Positions 39,501-48,248 of a DNA stretch of 64,000 nucleotides are shown piece after piece. The DNA is from Polyangiaceae bacterium (GTDB lineage: Bacteria; Myxococcota_A; Polyangia; Polyangiales; Polyangiaceae). The DNA is taken from positions 16,805-80,804 of the forward strand of contig JAPSGB010000023.1 in NCBI GenBank assembly GCA_035063585.1. Direction: 5' to 3'. Made by a program: the position numbers and the translations under genes. Numbering within the stretch: position 1 is the first letter of the stretch; each line of letters begins with the position of its first letter. The notes below the pieces were generated by a model. It saw only the letters and a list, made by a program, of their open reading frames with translations. It was not told the origin of the DNA and did not search any database.

Positions 39501-40782
39501 GCGCGCCGCTGTTGTAGGCGCTCGCGAGGGCGTAGTTCATGTACCGCTCGCTCACCGCGATGCCGACGTGCGGGCCGTCGCCCGTCCAGCGTGAGACCGA
39601 GTTCTCGGTGAGCTCGTTCGGGATCGGGATCCCGGTCGGGAGCGTGACGTTCGCGATGGGCACGCAGGTGGTGATGGGATCCGGCTCTGCGCCGCCCAGC
39701 ATCCCGAGCGTCATGCCGTTGTTCACCGGGTTGAGATCGCCCCAGCGCTGACCGGAGCCGTCGTCGCGCTGGCCCTCACCGCCGAGCGCGGCCAAGAAGT
39801 CGAGGCCGCCCTTCGTGCCGGGGGAGACGCTCGCGAGCATCTGCCCGAGATCGACCTTGCCGTCGGTGCCGAGCGCCATGCCGACGCACTCCGCGCTGCT
39901 CGGGCACTGGCCGTTGCCGTCCGGCGTGCAGTAGCGGCAGGTGCCGTCGGAGTCCGGATAGGTGCCGGCCGGGCACGAGACGCCCGCCGCGGGATCGGCC
40001 TGGGTGCAGAGCTGCTCGTCGATCGTGTCGGTGAGCGTGTCCGTCAGCGGGCCCATGATCTGCCCGGCGAGAATTCCTGACAGGCTACCCAGGATGGTGT
40101 CGTCGAGTCCCGTACCGCAGGCCGCGAAGGAATTGGTGAGTGCGTCCTTGCTGATATCTACTTTGTTGACCTTGAGCTTCGAATACCCGCGGCGGGAGCC
40201 GTGTCCCGGATCCGTGTCGGTCTCGATGGACACGTCCACGTCCACGGGAATGTCGGCGTAGTCACGCGCCCCGCAGTCCTTGTTCTTGACGAGCGCGATT
40301 TCAGAGCTCAACCAAAACAGAGCACCAGTCCCTTTGACCGGGAGACTTCGCAGGCGAACGGCGAGGGTTCCGCGGACGGTGAGGTTGTGCGGCGCCGCCG
40401 TCGCGAGGGTCAGCTTCGCCCGGCTCAGGTCAGCCTCGACGATGCAGCTCGGCGGGTTCGCGCCTGGCTTGGGCCCATCCGGACAGATAGTGACCTTACC
40501 CACCGTGACGTTCTGACTCGAAGACGGAACCTCGAAGGTCAACGCCCCAGCGCCCCCTCCACCCATCAAGTTCCCGGCGATGGGCCCGAGGTTCTGGCTG
40601 ATGAACTGGAGCCCGCTCTGCGTGACTCGCACGCTCGAGGAGTTCTCTACGCGCTTGTCCATCGGGAAGCCGCCCGGGATCGGGGTGATCCCGCAGCCTC
40701 CGCAGCTCGTGCAGCTGCCGGCGCAGCCACCGAAGACGATGAGCATCGAAAGAAAGAGCAAGTGCCTGAGCCAGCGCGGCAT
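36541..40782 (-). CDS. Large lipoprotein: BPI/LBP-like region + Ig-like domains + internal MYXO-CTERM + second lipoprotein-like signal + beta-propeller
   Basis: GGGAG RBS; MPRWLRHLLFLSMLIVFGGC; SSCGCRVPGG..PLTVGVLLGLGLMARMRRR at ~aa 835-870; then TLALMAVAASWSGCSC; repeated DVGLWTSL/DLGRYAKL/DKGIGASL + AYYD blades. Confidence 0.8.
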   Translation of the reverse strand: MPRWLRHLLFLSMLIVFGGCAGSCTSCGGCGITPIPGGFPMDKRVENSSSVRVTQSGLQFISQNLGPIAGNLMGGGGAGALTFEVPSSSQNVTVGKVTICPDGPKPGANPPSCIVEADLSRAKLTLATAAPHNLTVRGTLAVRLRSLPVKGTGALFWLSSEIALVKNKDCGARDYADIPVDVDVSIETDTDPGHGSRRGYSKLKVNKVDISKDALTNSFAACGTGLDDTILGSLSGILAGQIMGPLTDTLTDTIDEQLCTQADPAAGVSCPAGTYPDSDGTCRYCTPDGNGQCPSSAECVGMALGTDGKVDLGQMLASVSPGTKGGLDFLAALGGEGQRDDGSGQRWGDLNPVNNGMTLGMLGGAEPDPITTCVPIANVTLPTGIPIPNELTENSVSRWTGDGPHVGIAVSERYMNYALASAYNSGALCLGIGSSTLGSLLSSNTVSLLIPSLKDLGRQQKPQPLSLVIRPQEPPTLQVGNGTDIETDPLLKLGLNKFIIDFYVFSSDRYIRAFSASFDLVVPVNLDVTDAGLAPVIDKLQVNNPLLSNAPLLREDEKQAAEALAGIISGAVGSALGGAIDPIDLNEQLASTGLTLNIPPSVPGEGSPGLRRLDKGSDGFLGIFAAFGVAGPQPLWISRTEATVSGKEIDPAGLVLPTITRDNLPKVELRLSSQLDNGARTIEFQYRLDGGFWHPWTTNRNVTVSSPLLSLQAHHKLEVRSRVAGQPGTMDRAPAVIDLIIDKSAPEIALGSVVRDGRVKAKIFDVVSPAERTRVRWSLDGASFTDWRQASALDTIEVGDAARITVEATDEEGNLGTATQALVRGRTDASLGDASSCGCRVPGGDASGTRLPLTVGVLLGLGLMARMRRRGGRREQPFRATAARRGVNTLRATGTLALMAVAASWSGCSCGSDAESGNPSSGGGGGSTSGQCPGLETCETITPGLVGAYSSVGVASDGTVWISGYDDIGYTQVEGEEPAPSLFGDLVVGKWDGTKVDWVTVDGLPPIDPDAEPGSSGGPPDPNFYDPKGFRQGLTDPGDDVGLWTSLQLDAAGNPMVAYYDATNRALKFASYDGSAWAVHTVQKQAHADLGRYAKLIVSEGKPLIAYLAITQDGQGGAQSGVRIATASSASPAAASDWSFEDATVTPNTPCRDYLCNSGESCRADTQKCAAPISGCDPSCASGTKCMDDGTGAAKCVDVIGSTNLEDYPEASGLYLSIARGASGLALVYYDRIHGNLMSAQQVGGAWQPPAILDGQGTDAEGKPIDTGDKGIGASLFIDAGGDWHITYADGFTEALLYMKVTGGTTPTAPEVVDSGETPDGQAVVGDDSSLFVTSGGEVHVAYQDATNGLLRYAVGSPAAAGGAHTWNARTLTVDGFAGAFSHIVQLNGATQVSTWWRKGKPLTAGDVILVAP

Positions 40783-41049
40783 GGATGTCTCCCGGTTGGG
40801 CACGGCCTCTCGGCCGTTCACGGCGCGCGCCTCGGCGCGTCGCTTTCGCACGGTCTCGGCCACAGCGCCGAGTAGCCTCAGCTTAGCTCAGATTTCGCCC
40901 GAATCGGCCGGAATTCGGGCCGCGCGCGCGTTCCGGTGCGCGGCTGTACGCTCGTCGCCTACACCGGGCGCGCGCGAGGGCGAGCGCGCCCGCCCGGCTT
41001 CGCGCCGGACCGGCCACCCATCCCAGCGTTCACGCCGGACGCGCGCCGC

Positions 41050-42108
41050 TCAGCCACCGCACTTCTTCGCGCTGGAGTCGTACTTGCCGTCGATCTTGAT
41101 CGCGCTCGCCGCGAACTTGGTCTCGAGGTGGTAGGCGTCCTGGCAGCCGCCGGCGCTGTTCGTGGCCGCGCACCAGTCGCCGGTGGGCAGCCCGCCCTTC
41201 GCGGCGTAGCCGTCCGAAGTCTTGCAGGTGCCGTCGGTGCCCTTCCAGTTCTTCACGTCGCCGCTGAGGAGCACGCAGAGCGAGTAGCCGAGGCTCGTGA
41301 TCATGACCGTGTCGGACTCCGCCACGGTCACGTACGCGCTATACTGGCCGCCGTTCGTCCAGGCAAACTCACCCTGGGGCGGCACGCAGGAGAGGGATGG
41401 GCTCAGCGTCTTGCCGTCGAACGCGCCGATGCAGTTGTTGCTCTCCGAGAGCGTCGCCTCGAGGCTGACCTCGTGCAGCGGCAGGAGCACGTACTGGTCG
41501 AGCTTGTCCTCGAGGTAGATGGGGAGGACGAGATCCGGCTTCGGCGGAGTCGCCTTGCTGCCCGCGTCGAAGATGGCGGTGAACTTGCCGCCGTCTTCGG
41601 TGTAGGAGGTGCTGGTCGGGCCGATCTCGATCTTCGAGTCCGGATCGGTGAATTCCGCGTAGCAGGTGCCGCCCGCGGCCGGCCCGATGAGCGCCTGCGG
41701 GACGCCTCCGCCGACCGTGAGCGTCTTCGTCGCGGTGTCGAGCTCGAACAGCGTGTTGAACTGGGCGTCGCCGTTCTGGAAGCAGGTGGGCTCGGCGAGC
41801 GTGGTCTTCTTGGTGATGATGGCGTCCTGCATGAAGGGCGACGAGAGCACCGCGGGCGCGGAGAGCTCGAGCTGGCTCATGCGGAACTGGAGCTTGGTCG
41901 CGCCCGTGTTGTCCGCCTTGGCGAGGCAGGCCGCGCCGGGACCGCTCGCGCCCTCCGGGCCGTAGCACTCCGCCGCGGTCGGCACGCAGTCGGTGAGCCC
42001 GCCACCGCCGCCGCCGCTGCCGCCGCCATCGCCGCCGTCATCGCTGCTGCATCCGAGTGGGGCGAGCGCCATGCTGGCGGTGAGAGCGAACGCAAGGAAA
42101 CGAGTCAT
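41050..42108 (-). CDS. Cys-containing myxobacterial lipoprotein
   Basis: AGGAG RBS; MTRFLAFALTASMALAPLGC lipobox; Gly linker; many Cys. Confidence 0.8.
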   Translation of the reverse strand: MTRFLAFALTASMALAPLGCSSDDGGDGGGSGGGGGGLTDCVPTAAECYGPEGASGPGAACLAKADNTGATKLQFRMSQLELSAPAVLSSPFMQDAIITKKTTLAEPTCFQNGDAQFNTLFELDTATKTLTVGGGVPQALIGPAAGGTCYAEFTDPDSKIEIGPTSTSYTEDGGKFTAIFDAGSKATPPKPDLVLPIYLEDKLDQYVLLPLHEVSLEATLSESNNCIGAFDGKTLSPSLSCVPPQGEFAWTNGGQYSAYVTVAESDTVMITSLGYSLCVLLSGDVKNWKGTDGTCKTSDGYAAKGGLPTGDWCAATNSAGGCQDAYHLETKFAASAIKIDGKYDSSAKKCGG

Positions 42109-42241
42109 CGTCGGGCTCCTGGTAGGACGCCCCGAGGCGGGGCAGAGGATCCTTACTTGCTTTCTCGGCGGGAGCCAACCGCCGTCTCGGGAGCCTCGGG
42201 GGCTCGGCTCGGCGCGAAACCGGGCCGGGGCGGTCGCTCGG

Positions 42242-43168
42242 CTAGCCGAACGCGACCAGCGTGCGGAGCTCGTCGAGCCGGCCGCCGATGGCGCTCGACT
42301 CGAGCGTGGTGAGCCGCCGCGTCCCGACGTCCTCCACGCAGAACGACGCCACCGCCGCGGCGGTCATGAGGGCGCGCCGCAGGGTCGACCGGGCGAGGTT
42401 GCCCTCGGCGGCGAGGTAGCCCATGAGCGCGCCGGCGAAGGTGTCGCCCGCGCCGGTCGGATCGATCTCGACCTCGAGCGGGTAGGCCGGCGCGAAGAAC
42501 ACCCCGTGCTCGTCGAAGAGGAGCGCGCCGTACTCGCCTCGCTTCACGACCAGCCGCTTCGGCCCCATCCCGAGCACGCTCGCCGCGGCGCGTCGCACGT
42601 TGTGATCGCCGGCGAGCTGGCGGAGCTCCTCGTCGTTGATGACCAGCGTGTCGATGCGGGCGAGGAGCCGCTCGAGCGCCGGCCGCTCGCCCTCGATCCA
42701 GAAATTCATGGTGTCGGCGGCGACCAGACGCGGTCGCTCGATCTGCTCGAGCACCTCGAGCTGCAGCGCCGGGTGGATGTTGCCGAGCAGCACGAACTCG
42801 CTGTCGCGGTATTCGCTCGGCAAGACCGGGCGAAAATCCCCGAACACGTTGAGCTGGGTGTCGAGCGTGGTCCGGCTCGCGAGGTTCTCGGAGTAGCGAC
42901 CCGCCCAGCGGAACGTCCGCCCGCTCGCCCGCTCGACGCCGCTCACGTCGACCCCGCGGGTGCTGAGCGCCTCGAGCGTCGCCTCGGGGAAGTCCGCGCC
43001 GACCACCGCCACGATCCGCGCGGGCGCGAACAGGGTCGTGGAGAGCGAGGCGTAGGTGGCCGAGCCGCCGACCACGTTCTCGTGCGCGCCGCTCGGCAGC
43101 TCGAGATCGTCGAAGGCCATCGAGCCGACGATGAGGACCGGCGAGGGGTGCGTGTTCGGTGAGGTCAT
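42242..43168 (-). CDS. PfkB-family carbohydrate/nucleoside kinase
   Basis: VGSMAFDD, GGSATY, INDEE, VKRGEYGA, DPTGAGDTFAG. Confidence 0.92.
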   Translation of the reverse strand: MTSPNTHPSPVLIVGSMAFDDLELPSGAHENVVGGSATYASLSTTLFAPARIVAVVGADFPEATLEALSTRGVDVSGVERASGRTFRWAGRYSENLASRTTLDTQLNVFGDFRPVLPSEYRDSEFVLLGNIHPALQLEVLEQIERPRLVAADTMNFWIEGERPALERLLARIDTLVINDEELRQLAGDHNVRRAAASVLGMGPKRLVVKRGEYGALLFDEHGVFFAPAYPLEVEIDPTGAGDTFAGALMGYLAAEGNLARSTLRRALMTAAAVASFCVEDVGTRRLTTLESSAIGGRLDELRTLVAFG

Positions 43169-44037
43169 GGGTGATTTCGTCGTGGGCGGGCGTCGAGGAG
43201 CCAGGCGAGCCGCGCGCGCGCCTCGGCGTCCATCGAGTCGTGGGGGGTGATGAGGGCGTCGTCGAGCGCCGAGCTCGCCGGGCTCGCGATGGGGTCGGGC
43301 AGCGCGCCCGCGAGCTCGGCGACGATGCGCCTCGCGAGCGCGGCGTTGGCGCGGAGGACGGCGAGCACGGCGTCGACCGTGACCGCCTGCTCCGTCGCGT
43401 GCCAGGCGTCGTAGTCGGTGGGGAGCGCGATGGTGGCGTAGGGGAGCTCGGCCTCGCGCGCGAGCTTGGCCTCGGGCATGGCCGTCATGCCGATCACCGA
43501 GGCGCCCCAGCTCCGATAGAGGTGGCTCTCGGCGCGCGTGGAGAACTGCGGCCCTTCCATGCAGACGTAGGTGCCTCCGGCGTGCGCCGTCGCGCCGGCG
43601 CGTCGCGCGGCGGCGAGGGCCGCGCGCGCGAGCTTGGCGCACACGGGCTCGGCGAAGCCGACGTGCGCCACCAGCCCCTCCTCGAAGAAGCTGGAGACGC
43701 GGCGGCGGGTGAGGTCGATGTACTGATCGACGATGACCACGCTCCCGGGCAGGATGTCATCCTTCATCGAGCCGACCGCCGAGAGGCTCACCACCTGCTC
43801 GGCGCCGAGGCGTTTCAGCGCGCAGATGTTGGCGCGGTAGTTTACCCCGTGCGGCGGGAGCCGGTGACCTCGGCCGTGGCGAGGCAGAAAGAGGAGCGTC
43901 GTCTCCCCCAGGCGCCCGCGGATGAGCGCGTCGCTCGGAGCGCCGTAGGGAGTCTCTGCGCGGAGCTCTTCGACCTCGGTGAGCCCCGGGATATCGTAGA
44001 TCCCGCTGCCGCCGATGACTCCGAGGACGCGCGTCAT
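43165..44037 (-). CDS. mtnP: S-methyl-5'-thioadenosine phosphorylase
   Basis: GVIGGSG, TPYGAPS, RHGRGH, NYRANI, EGPQFSTRAES, GMTAMPEAKLAREA, TDYD. Confidence 0.93.
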   Translation of the reverse strand: MTRVLGVIGGSGIYDIPGLTEVEELRAETPYGAPSDALIRGRLGETTLLFLPRHGRGHRLPPHGVNYRANICALKRLGAEQVVSLSAVGSMKDDILPGSVVIVDQYIDLTRRRVSSFFEEGLVAHVGFAEPVCAKLARAALAAARRAGATAHAGGTYVCMEGPQFSTRAESHLYRSWGASVIGMTAMPEAKLAREAELPYATIALPTDYDAWHATEQAVTVDAVLAVLRANAALARRIVAELAGALPDPIASPASSALDDALITPHDSMDAEARARLAWLLDARPRRNHP

Positions 44038-44083
44038 AGGACGGCTCGCCTAACACGCGAGGGCCGCCAGGATCAACTCGGGC

Positions 44084-44716
44084 TCACCCGCCCGCAGGGT
44101 TCGGCCCACCCGCGCGCAGGAGCCGCTCGGCGGCGCTCGCCATCCGCGCCCGCCGGCACTCCTCAGCGCGGAAGATCGAGACGAGCTGCACGGTGGCGGT
44201 CTCGACGTCGTCGTTGACGAGCACGTAATCGAACTCGCCATAATGGCCGATTTCCTCGCGCGCGCCGCGGAATCGCCGCTGCACGGTCGACTCGTCGTCG
44301 CTCGCGCGCCCGCGGAGCCGCTCGAGCAGCACCTCGAGGGTGGGCGGGAGGATGAAGACCGCGACCGCGCTCGGCTCGACGCTCTTGATCTGCCGCGCGC
44401 CCTGGTGGTCGATGTCGAAGATGATGCCGCGCGCGCCCGCCGCGCGGTCGATCTCGGCGCGGCTCGTCCCGTAGAGGTTACCGTGGACCTCCGCCCACTC
44501 GAGGAACCCATCGGACTCCACCAGCCGGCGAAATCCGGCCGCGTCCACGAAGTGATATTCGCGGCCGTCGCGCTCTCCCGCGCGAGGCGCGCGCGTCGTG
44601 TGAGACACGCTGAAGCGAAGCTCGGGGATCGCCTCGCGAAGTCGACCGGTGAGGGTCGTCTTGCCTGCCCCGGACGGCGAGGAGACGATGAAGAGGAGGG
44701 GGGCGCTACTCGACAT
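44084..44716 (-). CDS. gmk: Guanylate kinase
   Basis: SSPSGAGKTT, SHTTRAPRAGERDGREYHFV, EWAEVHGNLYGT, DIDHQGA. Confidence 0.97.
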   Translation of the reverse strand: MSSSAPLLFIVSSPSGAGKTTLTGRLREAIPELRFSVSHTTRAPRAGERDGREYHFVDAAGFRRLVESDGFLEWAEVHGNLYGTSRAEIDRAAGARGIIFDIDHQGARQIKSVEPSAVAVFILPPTLEVLLERLRGRASDDESTVQRRFRGAREEIGHYGEFDYVLVNDDVETATVQLVSIFRAEECRRARMASAAERLLRAGGPNPAGG

Positions 44717-45578
44717 TTTGGACCTGCTCCCGCATGCGCTCGATCTCCGCCTTCATCTCCACGACGAGGTGGGCGAGCGCCGCGTCCTGACTCTTGGCGC
44801 CGATGGTGTTCGTCTCGCGCGCCACCTCTTGCAAGAGAAAATCGAGCTGCCGTCCGACCGCGGCGTCCGAGCCGATGAGCGATGCGAGCTGCTCGAAGTG
44901 GCTGCCGAGCCGCACCAGCTCCTCGGTGACGTCGCTGCGATCGGCGAGCAGCGCGAGCTCGACCTCGAGCCGACCGCGCTCGAGCTCGAGGGTACGATCC
45001 GCGAGCAAGCGCTCGAGCCGCTCGCGGAGCCGGCCGAGCGCAGCCTCTGCGAGTCCGCGGGTCCCGCCTTGGAGCCTCGCGCGGAGCTCGCGGAGCGCGA
45101 CGAGGCGCTCTTCGAGCTCGCGGGCGAGCGCTGCGCCCTCCGCCACGCGCATCGAGTCGAGGGTGGAGAGTGCCCGGTCGAGCGCGAGGCCGAGCGCGCG
45201 CTCGGCGCCGGCCTGATCCAAGGGCGAGCGCGGGCGATAGAGATCCGGCAGCGAGCTCAGCACGGTGACGGGGAGGGGAGTGCCGGGCGCGAGCTCGTCG
45301 CGGAGCCGGGCGAGCTCGTGATACGCGCTCCTCGCGCGGGCGACGTCCAGCTCGGCCGCCGAGAGCGCGGCGCCGTCCAGGCGGACCCCGATGTCGTAGC
45401 GACCGCGCGACAGGCGCGCGCGCGCGAGCTGCTCGACGAGCGCCGCGTGATCGGAGAGCTCCGGCGGCATGCGGACGCGGACGTCGAGGTAGCGGTGATT
45501 GAGCGAGCGGACTTCGAGCGAGAGTCGGCCCGAGCCGAGCTCCGCCGCGCCGGCGCCGAACCCGGTCATGCTCCTCAC
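44706..45578 (-). CDS. yicC: YicC/YloC family endoribonuclease
   Basis: MRSMTGFG, SLNHRYLD, DVTEELVRL, GRQLDFLLQEVARETNTIGAK, IERMREQVQNVE. Confidence 0.93.
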   Translation of the reverse strand: MRSMTGFGAGAAELGSGRLSLEVRSLNHRYLDVRVRMPPELSDHAALVEQLARARLSRGRYDIGVRLDGAALSAAELDVARARSAYHELARLRDELAPGTPLPVTVLSSLPDLYRPRSPLDQAGAERALGLALDRALSTLDSMRVAEGAALARELEERLVALRELRARLQGGTRGLAEAALGRLRERLERLLADRTLELERGRLEVELALLADRSDVTEELVRLGSHFEQLASLIGSDAAVGRQLDFLLQEVARETNTIGAKSQDAALAHLVVEMKAEIERMREQVQNVE

Positions 45579-46537
45579 GACGCGCCCCGCGCTCCGCCGA
45601 GCCGCCGGAGAAACTCCGCGGTCGGAGCGAGGCCTGCCCGCCAGGTGACCCGAGGCTCGTAGCCGATGAGCTCGCGCGCTCGGGAGATGTCCGCCGACGA
45701 GTGCAGGATGTCACCCCTACGGGGCGGCTCGGAGCGGACCTCCGGGCGCTTGCCGAGGAGCTCACCGATGGCTCCGATGAGCTCGCTTAGCACCACCGTG
45801 CTTCCGGACGCGACGTTGACGAGCTCCCCGGTCAGGCGGCGCGGGGTCGCGGCGGCGAGGAGGTTCGCGTGGACCACGTTGTCGACGAAGCAAAAATCCC
45901 GCGTCTGCGTGCCGTCTCCGAACACCGTGAGCGGGGCGCCTGCGAGCGCCGCCGAGAGGAAGCGCGGGATGGCCGCGGCGTAGGCGCCGTCCGGGCGCTG
46001 CCCGGGGCCGAAGATGTTGAAGTAGCGGAGCCCGATGGTCTCGAGTCCGTACAAGCTCGAGAACACCGACAGGTAGTGCTCGCCCGCGAGCTTCGAGACC
46101 GCGTAGGGTGACAGCGGTCTCGGCGTCATGGACTCGCGCTTCGGCTGCTCGGGCGCATCTCCGTAGACCGCCGAGGAGGCCGCGAATACGACGCGGCGAG
46201 CGCCCGCGCGTCGCGCGGCCTCGAGCACGAGCACCGTGCCGCCGACGTTCACCGCGTCGGCCCGCACCGGCTCTTCGATGCTGAGCGGGACGGAGCCGAT
46301 GGCGGCGTGATGAAACACCACCTCGATGCCGGACATCGCGCGCTCCAGCACCTGCGCGTCGCAGATGCTCCCCAGCATGAGCTCGACGTTCTCGGCGCCC
46401 GCCGCCTCCCTGAGGTTCTCGGCGTGGCCGAAGGAGAGGTCGTCGAGCACGCGCACGCGCTCGCCGGTGCGGCCGAGCGCCAGCGCCAGGTTCGACCCGA
46501 TGAAGCCCGCGCCGCCAGTGACCAGGTAGCGGGTCAT
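45575..46537 (-). CDS. NAD-dependent nucleotide-sugar epimerase (UDP-glucose/GlcNAc 4-epimerase-like)
   Basis: TGGAGFIGS, ASSAVYG, YAVSK (YxxxK), RYFNIFGP, GDGTQTRDF. Confidence 0.92.
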   Translation of the reverse strand: MTRYLVTGGAGFIGSNLALALGRTGERVRVLDDLSFGHAENLREAAGAENVELMLGSICDAQVLERAMSGIEVVFHHAAIGSVPLSIEEPVRADAVNVGGTVLVLEAARRAGARRVVFAASSAVYGDAPEQPKRESMTPRPLSPYAVSKLAGEHYLSVFSSLYGLETIGLRYFNIFGPGQRPDGAYAAAIPRFLSAALAGAPLTVFGDGTQTRDFCFVDNVVHANLLAAATPRRLTGELVNVASGSTVVLSELIGAIGELLGKRPEVRSEPPRRGDILHSSADISRARELIGYEPRVTWRAGLAPTAEFLRRLGGARGAS

Positions 46538-46546
46538 GGGCGAGGC

Positions 46547-47056
46547 TCAGAGCCCCTTTCTACGCTTGAGGTCCTCCATCATCCGCTTGTACTCGACCTC
46601 CCACATGCTCGTGCCTTCCTTCACGTGCTTCAGCTGCCCGCGCACCTCGGCTTGGAGCTCCGCCTCCGCCGATGCCTGCTTGCGGAGCGGCTCGCGCAGC
46701 TTGCGCCGGAGCACGACATCCTCCGCGAACACCTCGTCCACGTTGTTCGAGTGCATCAGCATCTCGAGGAGCTGGTCGAGCAGGTAGTCGATGGCGTCGT
46801 CGCCCAGCTTGATGCCGCGCTCATCGGCGACCAGCCGCTTCATCTTCCCGAGCTCGGTCGACGGCAGCCCCCGCTGCGCCACGAGATCGCGGGCCTTGTC
46901 CGCGATCTCCTGTTCGTCGCGCGCGTACTGGCTGAGCACCGCCTCGATGTCGGCCTGGACCTCCCTCGGCGCTTCACATTCGATGTCGTGGTCGGCGATG
47001 ATGGCGTTCAGCATCTCGCGCGCGAGCTGCGGGATCTTGGCGCTGTGGAGGCGCAT
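46547..47056 (-). CDS. DUF507-family protein
   Basis: MRLHSAKIPQLAREM...KMKRLVADERGI; C-terminal YKRMMEDLKRRKGL. Confidence 0.75.
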   Translation of the reverse strand: MRLHSAKIPQLAREMLNAIIADHDIECEAPREVQADIEAVLSQYARDEQEIADKARDLVAQRGLPSTELGKMKRLVADERGIKLGDDAIDYLLDQLLEMLMHSNNVDEVFAEDVVLRRKLREPLRKQASAEAELQAEVRGQLKHVKEGTSMWEVEYKRMMEDLKRRKGL

Positions 47057-47142
47057 GGTGGGCGAGTCCTACCGTCTCATCGCCCGTGCCGCATTCAATT
47101 TCGGCTCCGGCGCGACGCCGGCTGGTCGCTCCCCGGACCAGG

Positions 47143-48189
47143 TCAGCGCGAGCGCGACCGGCGCGAACCCAAGCGGAGCCGTCGAAATACGGCCTCTCGC
47201 TGGCGCAGCTTGTACGCCTCGTGGCTCGCGTCCCCGATCTCGTTCCGGGCGTCGCTCTCCGCGTCTAACAGTTGGAATTCGCAGAGCACATAGACGATCG
47301 GCCCGAGGCTCTCCGCGCCCGTCGGGACCAGCTCCATGAGATGGGCGGGGACCCGGATGGGCACGTCCGTCACGAAGTGGATGACGCGGTAGGTCGCGGC
47401 GCTGAAGCGGTTGTCCCCGGGGCTGAGCGCGTCGTCCTCCTCGCCCTGGAAGCCCCCGACCAGCCCCCGGAGGTGCGGGTGCGCCTCGCAGTAGCTCCGG
47501 AAGTGGAAGATGGTGTTCGCGCTCTCGCCGGCGACCACGTAATTGAAGGGGAAGAGCCGCTCGGTGAGGTACGCGAGCACCGGCAGGATGTCGTCCCGGG
47601 TCCGCGTCACGATCCGGAAGCGGAGCTTGTCGTAGAGCGCGGTGGCGGTCGCCTCCGGCTTCGAGAGGAGCTTCGTGTAGGTCGAGTCGAGGTTCTTCCG
47701 GCCACCGATGAATTCGGTGATGGGGAAGCCCTCGCTCAGCATGGCCCCGACCACCCGGTAGACCTTCTCCTCGACGAGGTGGAAGAGATCGCGGTCGCTG
47801 ACCGGCAGCCGGAACAGCAACTCTCGGCTCGTCAGGTGGTTGATGATCTGGACCGCCTTCAGGATGGTGCAGGCGCAGAGCTGCCGGTGCCCTTTGCCCG
47901 ACGCCATCAGCAGGAGCTCGGCCAGCGACGCGCGTTCGACCGGCTTCGGGATCGCGAAGGCGAAATTTCGCCTCAGGTACGCGATGGACTCGCGCTTCAC
48001 GTGCTCCATGAAGGCGCGGTCGGCGGGACTCGCCGGATCGAGCTCGTGGTTCTCGAGGAACCCGCGGACCTCGTCGGGAGAGCTGAAGTTCAGCCGGTGC
48101 CAGTCGACCACCGAACCGCCGCGGAGCACCAGCCGGAGCGCCTCGACGTCGTGGAGGGTGAGCTCGTCGATCGGGCGGAGCCGGGGCAC
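47143..48189 (-). CDS. TIGR04552-family protein; RelA/SpoT synthetase-like nucleotidyltransferase
   Basis: LRGGSVVDWHRL N-terminus; GRKNLDSTYTKL, YDKLRFRIV, YRVIH, EFQ, NEIGDASHEAYK. Confidence 0.8.
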   Translation of the reverse strand: MPRLRPIDELTLHDVEALRLVLRGGSVVDWHRLNFSSPDEVRGFLENHELDPASPADRAFMEHVKRESIAYLRRNFAFAIPKPVERASLAELLLMASGKGHRQLCACTILKAVQIINHLTSRELLFRLPVSDRDLFHLVEEKVYRVVGAMLSEGFPITEFIGGRKNLDSTYTKLLSKPEATATALYDKLRFRIVTRTRDDILPVLAYLTERLFPFNYVVAGESANTIFHFRSYCEAHPHLRGLVGGFQGEEDDALSPGDNRFSAATYRVIHFVTDVPIRVPAHLMELVPTGAESLGPIVYVLCEFQLLDAESDARNEIGDASHEAYKLRQREAVFRRLRLGSRRSRSR

Positions 48190-48248
48190 GAAGCGAGCCC
48201 GCGCCGACGGGGGCCGGGTGGACCCGGGAGCGTCGTGGTCCGAGGACG

